Positions 46,357-54,940 of a DNA stretch of 64,000 nucleotides are shown piece by piece. Every line of letters begins with the position of its first letter. Position 1 is the first letter of the stretch. The notes under the pieces were generated by a model. It ran no database searches, was not told the origin of the DNA, and saw only the letters and a list, made by a program, of their open reading frames with translations. The stretch is taken from NCBI GenBank assembly GCA_002451165.1, contig DKBH01000003.1, positions 38,698-102,697 of the forward strand, in the 5' to 3' direction. Position numbers and translations under genes: made by a program. The DNA comes from Nitrospiraceae bacterium UBA6905 (GTDB taxonomy: Bacteria > Nitrospirota > Thermodesulfovibrionia > Thermodesulfovibrionales > UBA6898).

Positions 46357-47540
46357 AATCGGCATTGGAGACTTTCGACGCAAAGAAATTTATCAAGGAA
46401 CTTGGCGAAGTCAACACCAAACTCATCAAGGGTACAGAAAACCTTGTCGGAATAGATGAGATAGACGTAGGGACTGCACCAAAGGAACTCATCTACGAAG
46501 AAGACAAGCTTAAGCTCTATCACTATACACAGGAAGGCGAGGTCACCTGCGGAGTGCCGGTGCTGATCGTCTACGCCCTCGTAAACCGGCAGTATATGCT
46601 CGATATCCAGCCCGACAGGAGCATCGTAAGGAATCTTCTGAAGCGCGGTATGGACCTCTATATCATTGATTGGGGATACCCGAGAAAGTCGGATATGTAT
46701 CTCACGCTCGACGATTACATCACGGGATATCTGGACAACTGCGTCGATGTTATTATAAAGAGGGCAGGAAAAGACAAGATAAATCTTATGGGCATTTGCC
46801 AGGGCGGGACTTTTTGCGGAATTTATTCTGCACTCTACCCTGAGAAGGTGAAGAATCTTGTTACGCTGGTTGCGCCCTTTGATTTTTCGACGAATGACGG
46901 CCTGCTGTTCAGCTGGGCAAAGAACATGAATGTTGATGCGCTTGTCGATGCCTATCGGATCATCCCGGGGGATTTCCTGAACTCCGGCTTCCTCATGCTG
47001 ATGCCCTTTACCCTCAATGTCAGAAAGTATGTGGACATGCTCGATGTGATAGAAGACAGGGAAAAGCTCCTCAATTTCCTTCGTATGGAAAAATGGATAT
47101 TCGACAGCCCGGGACAGGCAGGAGAATGCCTCAGGCAGTTCATCAAGGATTGTTATCAGGACAACAAGCTCATCAAGGGGGAACTAAGGATAGGCGATCG
47201 TCTGGTTGATCTGAAGAACATAACGATGCCGCTGCTGAATATCTACGCGTCTGCAGACCATCTGGTGCCGCCCGCAGCGACACGGCCGCTCAATGATGCT
47301 GTCGGCACAACGGACAAGACCCTTTACGAATTCAAGGGCGGGCACATTGGTGTCTTCGTCGGGTCCAAATCCCAGAAGGAACTTGCGCCAACTATTGCCA
47401 CGTGGCTTCACGAGCGGGACGGCGAAGGTCATGTCAAGCCCTCTCGTGATCTGAAGAATATGAGGACCGATAAGAGCGGACAGACAGCACCTGACAGGAA
47501 GCATAGCCCTAAGGATAAAGGGCTGCACAAGACGAATTAG
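46353..47540 (+). CDS. phaC: Class III PHA synthase subunit PhaC
   Basis: Lipase-box variant GICQGG and an alpha/beta-hydrolase layout. About 40 aa of basic C-terminal tail. Confidence 0.9.
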   Translation: MKSALETFDAKKFIKELGEVNTKLIKGTENLVGIDEIDVGTAPKELIYEEDKLKLYHYTQEGEVTCGVPVLIVYALVNRQYMLDIQPDRSIVRNLLKRGMDLYIIDWGYPRKSDMYLTLDDYITGYLDNCVDVIIKRAGKDKINLMGICQGGTFCGIYSALYPEKVKNLVTLVAPFDFSTNDGLLFSWAKNMNVDALVDAYRIIPGDFLNSGFLMLMPFTLNVRKYVDMLDVIEDREKLLNFLRMEKWIFDSPGQAGECLRQFIKDCYQDNKLIKGELRIGDRLVDLKNITMPLLNIYASADHLVPPAATRPLNDAVGTTDKTLYEFKGGHIGVFVGSKSQKELAPTIATWLHERDGEGHVKPSRDLKNMRTDKSGQTAPDRKHSPKDKGLHKTN

Positions 47541-47592
47541 AAGCCCGGCCAAAACGTTCCAATCCAGAAATGTAGAAGGGGGAGGTAGTATT

Positions 47593-48336
47593 ATGGAATT
47601 CAGCGGTAAGAATATAATCATAACAGGCGGCGCTCGAGGCATGGGAAAGAAATTTTCTGTAGATTTAAAGCGTCTGGGAGCTAAAGCTTTTGTGGTGGAT
47701 GTGATTCAGGAGAACCTCGACGCGCTCAAGCATGAGGCCGATATTTCGGGTCAGGTTGTCGATGTAAGCAACGAGAAGAGTGTTGAGGCTTTCTTTGAAA
47801 GCTATGTCTCGGCAAACGGTGCGCCTGACGTGTTGATTAACAATGCGGGGATCACTGCCGATGCCCTTTTTATCAAGCAGAAGGGAGATGAGATTACGAA
47901 ATTCCCGTTTGCAAACTGGGAAAAGGTGATCAATGTCAATCTGACTGGCGTATTCCTCTGTGCACGGGAAGCTGCTTACCAGATGGTCAAGAACAAGATT
48001 AAGGGCGTGATAATCAATATCTCATCCATTAGCCGTGCTGGCAACCTCGGACAGACCAATTATTCGGCGACGAAAGCAGCGGTTGATTCAATGACCGTGA
48101 CGTGGGCCAAGGAGCTTTCGAAGTTCGGCATACGGGTGGGAGCCATCGCACCCGGCTATATTAATACCGAAATGGTTGCTAAGATCAGACCCGACGTTCT
48201 CGAAAAAGTTGTTCAGAATATCCCGATCGGGAGATTGGGCGAGATGGAAGAAATTTCGCAGGCAGTTCAGTTCATCATCCGAAATGATTTTTTCACCGGG
48301 AGAATCATGGAAATAGACGGCGGGATGAGGATCTGA
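47593..48336 (+). CDS. phaB: Acetoacetyl-CoA reductase / 3-oxoacyl reductase (SDR)
   Basis: TGGARGMGK, NAG and YSATKAA motifs. Assignment supported by PHA locus context. Confidence 0.75.
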   Translation: MEFSGKNIIITGGARGMGKKFSVDLKRLGAKAFVVDVIQENLDALKHEADISGQVVDVSNEKSVEAFFESYVSANGAPDVLINNAGITADALFIKQKGDEITKFPFANWEKVINVNLTGVFLCAREAAYQMVKNKIKGVIINISSISRAGNLGQTNYSATKAAVDSMTVTWAKELSKFGIRVGAIAPGYINTEMVAKIRPDVLEKVVQNIPIGRLGEMEEISQAVQFIIRNDFFTGRIMEIDGGMRI

Positions 48337-48405
48337 TCCTTTGTGTTATAGCAGGATGTGCTCGGGGCTTAATTTCCAGGAGGCCCCCTTACTTGAGGAG
48401 GAGCT

Positions 48406-49587
48406 ATGGATGCGTATATCGTGGGTGGCGTAAGGACAGCCATCGGGAGGTTCAATGGGTCACTGGCCTCGCTGAACACCATTGACCTCGGATCCGCAGT
48501 TATCAAAGAGGTCATCAGAAGAACGTCAATAAAAGGCACCGAAGTTGATGAAGTCATTATGGGCAATGTCCTCCAGGCAGGATTAGGACAGAACCCTGCG
48601 CGGCAGGCGGCCATTATGGCGGGCCTTCCAGAGAATATCCCTGCATTTACGGTGAATAAGGTATGCGGCTCGGGGTTGAAGTCCGTTGGACTGGCAGGTC
48701 AGGCAATCGCGTCGGGTGAAGCGAATGCCATTATTGCTGGAGGGATGGAGCATATGACCAGTGCACCCTATGTTGTGAAGTCAGCCCGGTGGGGTCAGCG
48801 CCTCGGAAACGCCGAGATGATAGACACACTCGTCAACGATGCCCTGTGGGACATGTTTTATGAATGTCATATGGGTCAGACCGCCGAGAATGTAGCAGAA
48901 AAGTACGGGATTACCCGGGAAGAGCAGGATGCCTTTGCTGCATCCTCTCAGAAGAAAACAGAGCAGTCCATCAAGGAAGGGAAGTTCACGGAAGAGATTG
49001 TCCCCCTGAAGTTAAAACAGCAAAAAGGAGAAGACAAGGTTTTTGACACCGACGAGCATCCCCGATTCGGGACTACCGTCGAGAGTCTTGCAAAACTTCA
49101 GCCGGCATTCAAGAGCGAGGGGACGGTCACCGCAGGGAATGCTTCGGGTATCAACGATGGTGCAGCTGCCGTGCTGGTCGTGTCGAAAGAAAAGATGAAG
49201 GAGTTTGCCCCTGGCTGGGCTTTCAAAATTAAAGGTGCTTCATCTGCAGCGCTGGACCCCGCATTTATGGGGCTCGGTCCTATCAACGCCTGCAAGCAGC
49301 TTATTCACAAGGCCAGGTGTACTGTAAAGGACCTCGATCTTATAGAGATCAATGAGGCGTTTGCATCTCAGTCAATCCAGGTTCACCGAGAAATGGGATG
49401 GAACATGGATAAAGTGAATGTCCTGGGCGGTGCTATTGCACTCGGGCATCCGGTCGGCGCGAGCGGAACAAGGATCCTTGTTACACTCCTTTATGAGATG
49501 GTACGAAGGAATGTGAACCTGGGTCTCGCTTCCCTCTGCATCGGCGGAGGACAGGGTATCGCCATGATCGTTGAGCGCGTCAGATAA
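48406..49587 (+). CDS. phaA: Acetyl-CoA acetyltransferase (thiolase II)
   Basis: VNKVCGSGLKS (active Cys), NEAFA, and GGAIALGHPVGASG...CIGGGQG. Confidence 0.9.
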   Translation: MDAYIVGGVRTAIGRFNGSLASLNTIDLGSAVIKEVIRRTSIKGTEVDEVIMGNVLQAGLGQNPARQAAIMAGLPENIPAFTVNKVCGSGLKSVGLAGQAIASGEANAIIAGGMEHMTSAPYVVKSARWGQRLGNAEMIDTLVNDALWDMFYECHMGQTAENVAEKYGITREEQDAFAASSQKKTEQSIKEGKFTEEIVPLKLKQQKGEDKVFDTDEHPRFGTTVESLAKLQPAFKSEGTVTAGNASGINDGAAAVLVVSKEKMKEFAPGWAFKIKGASSAALDPAFMGLGPINACKQLIHKARCTVKDLDLIEINEAFASQSIQVHREMGWNMDKVNVLGGAIALGHPVGASGTRILVTLLYEMVRRNVNLGLASLCIGGGQGIAMIVERVR

Positions 49588-49896
49588 CTGCCGACTCTTG
49601 GGAGCGCCCTGCTTATGAAAATTTGCAGGTTTGTGAATATCGGAAACAAAAGAATCTGCCCTAACCACAGAGAGAGTTAAGGCATTTTCCTTTTTTTTTC
49701 AGTATACGCTCATCGCAAGAATACGGTATTCGTCTGCACCATACTAAAATTATGGTTTCATGAGTACTTGCTACATTTAATGTCATGTTGACAAGAACGT
49801 CTCACCTTGATAGCTTTTAGTTAAGCACTTGTTTTATACCGGAAACGGATGACCTTTTGATGGAATAATCATGCGTAATACCCAGGAATATTGAAG

Positions 49897-50475
49897 ATGT
49901 TGGAAGAGTATCCTAAAAAAGTAAGACTTAAAGACGGGGCCTTCGTAACCCTGCGGCCGATGACGAGAGATGATGAGCACGGTGTTTACTTGTTCTTCAA
50001 CTCACTTTCTGAAGCTACCAGGCAGTTTCTGAGAAACGACGTGCTCAACAGAAAGATAATCACGGCATGGATGCGTGAGCTGAATTATGAAAAGGTCCTT
50101 CCGATTATCGCGGAATACGAAGGAAAGATTGTGGCTAACGCGACCCTGCACCGCAAGACGTTTGGGTGGGGACGCCATGTCGGCGAGGTCCGGGTAGTGA
50201 TAGATTGCGGCTTCCAGGGCCGTGGGCTGGGGGGTATCCTTTCTGATGAGATGTGCCGTATTGCTGTTGCTGGCGGACTCAAAAAACTGGTTGCAAGGAT
50301 CGTAACCGCCAGGGAAGATGCCATCAAGGCCTTTGAAAGTTCTGGTTTTGAATCCGTAGCAGTACTGAAGAACTATGTCAAGGATATCAATCAGAACTAT
50401 GCAGACATTGCAATTATGGTTAAGGAATTAACCCCCCTTAAAGCTGAGGGATCATTACGGCGGCGCCATGCGTGA
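49897..50475 (+). CDS. GNAT-family acetyltransferase
   Basis: FQGRGLGGILSDEM is an acetyl-CoA-binding Q/RxxGxG/A motif. 8 nt overlap with the downstream thiolase. Confidence 0.7.
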   Translation: MLEEYPKKVRLKDGAFVTLRPMTRDDEHGVYLFFNSLSEATRQFLRNDVLNRKIITAWMRELNYEKVLPIIAEYEGKIVANATLHRKTFGWGRHVGEVRVVIDCGFQGRGLGGILSDEMCRIAVAGGLKKLVARIVTAREDAIKAFESSGFESVAVLKNYVKDINQNYADIAIMVKELTPLKAEGSLRRRHA

Positions 50476-51661
50476 CGTGGTAATTGCAAGCGCTGTTCGC
50501 ACTCCCATAGGCAGTTTCGGCGGGACATTAAAGGAAATACCGGCTGTTGACCTTGGCGGGATTGTCATTAAGGAGGTTCTCACGAGGGCGAGAATACCTG
50601 CCGACAAGGTTGATCTCGTAGTAATGGGGAATGTGCTTCAGGCCGGGCTTGGACAGAACCCTGCCCGCCAGGCAGCAATAAATGGTGGGATTTCACAATA
50701 CATTCCAGCGGTGACCGTGAATGCAGTCTGCGGCTCAGGCTTGGAGGCGGTTATTATGGCTGCTCAGAAGATAAAGGCTGGTGATGCTGAGATCGTAGTG
50801 GCCGGGGGCATGGAGAATATGAGCCAGGCCCCGTATGTTCTGACCCATTCACGGTGGGGTCAACGGATGGGACACAGCCAGATGATTGATGTCATGATCA
50901 ACGACGGACTGTGGTGTTCATTCAGTGATACGCATATGGGTGTTACTGCCGAGAACGTTGCGAAGAAATTCAATCTCAGCCGTGAAGTCCTGGACGCGTA
51001 TTCTGCCATGAGCCAGGCAAAAGCGGAAAAGGCGATTACATCAGGACGGTTCAAGGACGAGATCATAGCCGTTTCGGTACCCCAGAAGAAGGGTGCCCCG
51101 ATTATTCTTGATACAGACGAGTATCCCAAGTTTGGCACGACCCTGGAAAAGCTGGCGAAGCTGAAACCCGTTTTTGACAAGAAAGGGACGATAACTGCCG
51201 GCAACTCCTCCGGGGTAAATGACGGCGCTGCTGCCCTGCTGGTGATGTCAGCCGATAAGGCGTATAAGCTCGGAATAAAGCCGCTGGCTAACATAGTGTC
51301 GTACGATGCAAGGGGTTGTGAGCCCGAACTCATGGGAATAGGCCCTATCTTAGCTGTCCAGAGCGCTATTGCCAAGGTTAAGACTGAACTGGGGAAAGAG
51401 GTAGATCTGGTGGAGCTGAACGAAGCCTTTGCAGCACAGGCTATCGCCTGTCTGACAGCGCTCAATATCGACCCTGAAAAGGTGAATGTCAACGGCGGTG
51501 CCATTGCATTGGGACATCCGATAGGGTGCAGCGGTTCACGGGTATTGGTCACGCTTCTGTATGAGATGCAGAAGCGAAATGCCAAGACGGGTCTTGCCGC
51601 GCTGTGCGTCGGAGGTGGAATGGGATTTGCGATGATTGTAGAACGGGCATGGTACTTCTAA
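50468..51661 (+). CDS. Acetyl-CoA acetyltransferase (second thiolase paralog)
   Basis: VNAVCGSGLEA, NEAFAAQ, and GGAIALGHPIGCSG...CVGGGMG. Confidence 0.9.
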   Translation: MRDVVIASAVRTPIGSFGGTLKEIPAVDLGGIVIKEVLTRARIPADKVDLVVMGNVLQAGLGQNPARQAAINGGISQYIPAVTVNAVCGSGLEAVIMAAQKIKAGDAEIVVAGGMENMSQAPYVLTHSRWGQRMGHSQMIDVMINDGLWCSFSDTHMGVTAENVAKKFNLSREVLDAYSAMSQAKAEKAITSGRFKDEIIAVSVPQKKGAPIILDTDEYPKFGTTLEKLAKLKPVFDKKGTITAGNSSGVNDGAAALLVMSADKAYKLGIKPLANIVSYDARGCEPELMGIGPILAVQSAIAKVKTELGKEVDLVELNEAFAAQAIACLTALNIDPEKVNVNGGAIALGHPIGCSGSRVLVTLLYEMQKRNAKTGLAALCVGGGMGFAMIVERAWYF

Positions 51662-51706
51662 AGCGGATCATCGACGAGTGGTTACCGTCTGAGGACGTTA
51701 TGTCCT

Positions 51707-52282
51707 ATGGAGACTGCGTTGGATAAGCTTGTGGAGCTGCTGATCAAGAACTATCCCAAGAAGGTTCTCCTTGATGATGGGAGTGAGGTCATGTTCAGGC
51801 CACTTCGCAAGGATGACGGAAAAAGCCTTGCCGAATTTTTCAGAAATCTTCCGCTGAAAGACAGAGTTTGCCTGAAAGAGGATGTTTCCGACCCCATGGT
51901 AATAGAAAACTGGATCTGGAATCTCGACTATGACAATGTCCTGCCTATTGTTGCCACGCATGACGATAGGATAGTCGGGGACGCTACGCTTCACTTCAGC
52001 CCCATCGGTTGGACAAAGCATCAGGGCGAGATCAGGATCACTACAGATGTCAATTACCGTGTCAAGGGCTTGGGGACACGGCTAACACAGGATGTCATAC
52101 ATATCGCTCAAGAGCTGGGGCTTGAACAGATAAGCCTCGAAATATCCCCTGAGCTGCAGGAGGCATTTCTCCTCTGTCAGAAACTTGGTTTTAAACAGGA
52201 GGCCGTACTGAAAGGGTTTATCATGGATCTCGAAGGCAAAGAAACAGACCTGGTGTTAATGATCAAACATCTGAATGCATGA
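51707..52282 (+). CDS. GNAT-family acetyltransferase (paralog of 49897-50475)
   Basis: Aligns along its length with the first GNAT (NYPKKVLLDDGSEVMFRPLRKDD versus EYPKKVRLKDGAFVTLRPMTRDD). YRVKGLGTRL motif. Confidence 0.7.
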   Translation: METALDKLVELLIKNYPKKVLLDDGSEVMFRPLRKDDGKSLAEFFRNLPLKDRVCLKEDVSDPMVIENWIWNLDYDNVLPIVATHDDRIVGDATLHFSPIGWTKHQGEIRITTDVNYRVKGLGTRLTQDVIHIAQELGLEQISLEISPELQEAFLLCQKLGFKQEAVLKGFIMDLEGKETDLVLMIKHLNA

Positions 52283-52335
52283 CGGCGCCGAAGTGCCAGT
52301 GTTTTTCCCGCCACCGACTGCACCATATTAAACTC

Positions 52336-52374
52336 CTCTCCGGCCACAGGCCCGGAGAGAGGGATATTGTTTTC
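52336..52374. terminator. Hairpin between convergent genes (possible bidirectional terminator)
   Basis: CTCTCCGG-N8-CCGGAGAG followed by a T-rich tract, between GNAT-2 (+) and the M24 peptidase (-). Confidence 0.35.
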
Positions 52375-52412
52375 GCCATACGCTACTACATCTCAATAAA
52401 AAGGTGGTCCCC

Positions 52413-53594
52413 TTAGAGATATACAATTTCATCTGGCGCATCAGTCAGCTTTTCGCAGCTGTTTTCCCTGACGGCGAAGGTGTTTTCGATGCCCACGGCG
52501 CCCTTTTCAGGGAAAAGGAATGTCGGCTCGACAGCGATCACATTGCCTTTCCGGAGCGGTGTCCTGAAGCGGGGTGACAGAACCGGCAGTTCGTCCAGCT
52601 CAAGACCCACGCCATGACCAACGAACTTCGCCGGTTCTCCCGGATAGCCCATGAAATTGTCCGCAAGCCCGGCCTCTGCAGCCATTCTGCAGGCGCCGTC
52701 ATACAGATCCTCACAAATACTTCCGGGGACGAGGTTTTCCCTGACCCAGTCCTGAATGGCAAGAGCTGACTGGAATGCCTGCTCAAGCCGGAGATCAAGT
52801 CTTTCGAAGCAGAAGACCCGCGTCATATCCACAATATACCCATTATAAAAGCCACCGTAATCCACGAGGATCGGCTCTGCCGCGCCGATCCTCTCCATGG
52901 ATGGGCCGTAGGGGGCAGCAGTCCAATGTCCCTTTCCGGTTACCCTGCCGTCAAAGCAGCCCGGAAGGGCGGCATTACTTCCTGAGACTGCAATCCCTGT
53001 TATCTCCTGGTTGAATCCCCGGATGCGCAGATACCCTCCGATGCCCGCTCTCCTCAACTGGTGTTCGAATTCCGCTGCAAGGTCGATCTCACGCATGCCG
53101 GGCCTGAGCAATGCCGGGATACGGCTGAAGGCATCTGCCAGCAGCCTGCCACTGATCCGCATCTGATCCAGCTCCCAGGCTGACTTTATGGAGCGCAGAT
53201 CACGGTTGATGGAGGAGATGTCAAGGAACTCTCTGTCCAAGAGAATTCCTCGGTAGAAATGGTAATGTTGTACCGGCAGCACATCGAAGGTAAGACCGAT
53301 CTTCCCGGCTGTCCTGCCGATGACTGACCGCAGATCCCTGCTTGCAGGGAAGGGCCGTACATCCTCTATGAGGCTTTCCTCCTGCGCACGACTGAAGCTT
53401 TTTCTTACCATAAGGACCGGTGCTCCCGCAGTAGGTATCCAGAGTACAGAGTTCTGTCTTGTGCCGCTGAAATAATAGACATCCACAGCATAGTTGAAGA
53501 GCGCGCCGTCAAGATTGTCAGCAGCAAGCCTGGTCTTCAGGCTCGCCAGTCTTGCGGCAATCTCCTGTTGGGGTATGGGCGTCTGCAACGTCAC
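52413..53594 (-). CDS. M24-family Xaa-Pro aminopeptidase
   Basis: Creatinase-like N-terminal domain plus an M24 core (DYGGFYNGYIVDMTR, HGVGLELDE, VIAVEP). Confidence 0.85.
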   Translation of the reverse strand: MTLQTPIPQQEIAARLASLKTRLAADNLDGALFNYAVDVYYFSGTRQNSVLWIPTAGAPVLMVRKSFSRAQEESLIEDVRPFPASRDLRSVIGRTAGKIGLTFDVLPVQHYHFYRGILLDREFLDISSINRDLRSIKSAWELDQMRISGRLLADAFSRIPALLRPGMREIDLAAEFEHQLRRAGIGGYLRIRGFNQEITGIAVSGSNAALPGCFDGRVTGKGHWTAAPYGPSMERIGAAEPILVDYGGFYNGYIVDMTRVFCFERLDLRLEQAFQSALAIQDWVRENLVPGSICEDLYDGACRMAAEAGLADNFMGYPGEPAKFVGHGVGLELDELPVLSPRFRTPLRKGNVIAVEPTFLFPEKGAVGIENTFAVRENSCEKLTDAPDEIVYL

Positions 53595-53599
53595 CGATA

Positions 53600-54331
53600 T
53601 CAGTCCCCGTCATCTCCCACATCAATCGGCTGACTCTGGAGCCTCTTATAGTAGAAATTCTGCCCGTACAGCACACTGACCGGGTTGTGACCGGTGACCC
53701 TGTCCTTGACTACGAGCGTTGTGACTGGGGCGTCCGAGTATTTCGAAAAGAGCATGTCATGACCGACACAGAGGCCGACGATGATGTTCATATCCGTTCC
53801 GGCACGGTTCAGGAGCTGCGCCTGTGCAACGGGGTTGCACGCCGGTTCAAAGGTATTAGGCCGTACCTTGTTCTTCTCCTGCAGTCCCAGTTCGAGCTTG
53901 TCTATGCTGCCGGTCTTGCAGCAGACGCTGACTGGTTCAAATCCCTGGGCCTTGAGAATAGCGGCAAGCCGGTTCGTTTCGTCTAGAAGACCGATGCAGG
54001 TGGCCATGCCAATCTTCCGGTATCCCATCAGCCTGGCAAAAGCGACCGTGTCCTCGACGCGCGTCCAGCGAGCATGTACGGCATCGCTTCCAGGGACCGG
54101 CTGATAACAAAGCCCCTCCACCTTCGTGGCTATCCGCGCCATCTTTGCGTCTTCGGTATTGCCGCGATAAAGGTCAAAGGATTCCCGGATGACGTCCTCG
54201 TGCTCAAGGGTGGGGCAATAGCCGGGCTTTTCAGGCTTCCTGGCAGGATCAGCACTCCAGCAATTCGTTGTCCCGGTCTTTTGCCAGACATTACTACAGA
54301 GTCCGCAGGAAAATGCATTTTTGTCGCTCAT
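53600..54331 (-). CDS. DUF1847 metal-binding protein
   Basis: Cys-rich N-terminus, CIGLLDE, and GLCVGHD...VKDRV as recalled for DUF1847. RBS aggagg upstream. Confidence 0.7.
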   Translation of the reverse strand: MSDKNAFSCGLCSNVWQKTGTTNCWSADPARKPEKPGYCPTLEHEDVIRESFDLYRGNTEDAKMARIATKVEGLCYQPVPGSDAVHARWTRVEDTVAFARLMGYRKIGMATCIGLLDETNRLAAILKAQGFEPVSVCCKTGSIDKLELGLQEKNKVRPNTFEPACNPVAQAQLLNRAGTDMNIIVGLCVGHDMLFSKYSDAPVTTLVVKDRVTGHNPVSVLYGQNFYYKRLQSQPIDVGDDGD

Positions 54332-54523
54332 CGTCTCGTTCCTCCTGTTTCCGGCTTCGCGCCACGCGGCTGCCTGCGCTGTTTCCGTATTCTACCACGC
54401 AGGACGCTAAGGGAGAATACGATGAGCCCACCAAGGTGCAGCGGGTGACAGCGGACGGCAGTGAAGTTGCAATAAATTCATGGTGTGCTATAGTGAGATT
54501 ACATTCTACAGAAGGAGGTGTAC

Positions 54524-54634
54524 ATGGCAACGGCGAAGAAGGCAATGTGTGCGGGTAAGACAAAGCAGGGCACAAAATGTAAGAAGACTGCTGTAGGAAA
54601 GTCGGCTTTTTGCGCAACGCATAAGAAAAAATAA
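54524..54634 (+). CDS. 36-aa Lys-rich Cys3-His mini-protein
   Basis: RBS gaaggaggtg 4 nt upstream of the ATG. MATAKKAMCAGKTKQGTKCKKTAVGKSAFCATHKKK. A strong terminator follows. Confidence 0.55.
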   Translation: MATAKKAMCAGKTKQGTKCKKTAVGKSAFCATHKKK

Positions 54635-54658
54635 CTTCTGTCCTGCAGAAGGTCTGTC

Positions 54659-54689
54659 AAGACTGCCCTTCGGGCAGTCTTTTTTTTTA
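54659..54689 (+). terminator. Rho-independent terminator
   Basis: AAGACTGCCC-ttcg-GGGCAGTCTT followed by a T run. Confidence 0.8.
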
Positions 54690-54879
54690 CGGCGGCTTTT
54701 TTCGTGTCCGATGAAATAGACTGGTCCCTGTCCGCGTCTCTACTACTGTTCCTGATAGGCAGGCAGGTGGAAGAGGAAGCAGGAACCGCCTCCCCGTGCA
54801 CGTTCATGCCAGAGGTCGCCCTCTCGACTCCATCGAAGAAACGCGCGTTCCATAAATATGACACAATGACACGCTTCAG

Positions 54880-54909
54880 AAAAAAAACAGGGGCTATTTT
54901 GCCCCTGCC
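54880..54909 (-). terminator. Rho-independent terminator of the protease gene
   Basis: On the minus strand: GGCAGGGGC-aaaata-GCCCCTG followed by eight T residues. Confidence 0.75.
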
Positions 54910-54940
54910 TCAATATACATCACCTGTGATTTCCAATAGC

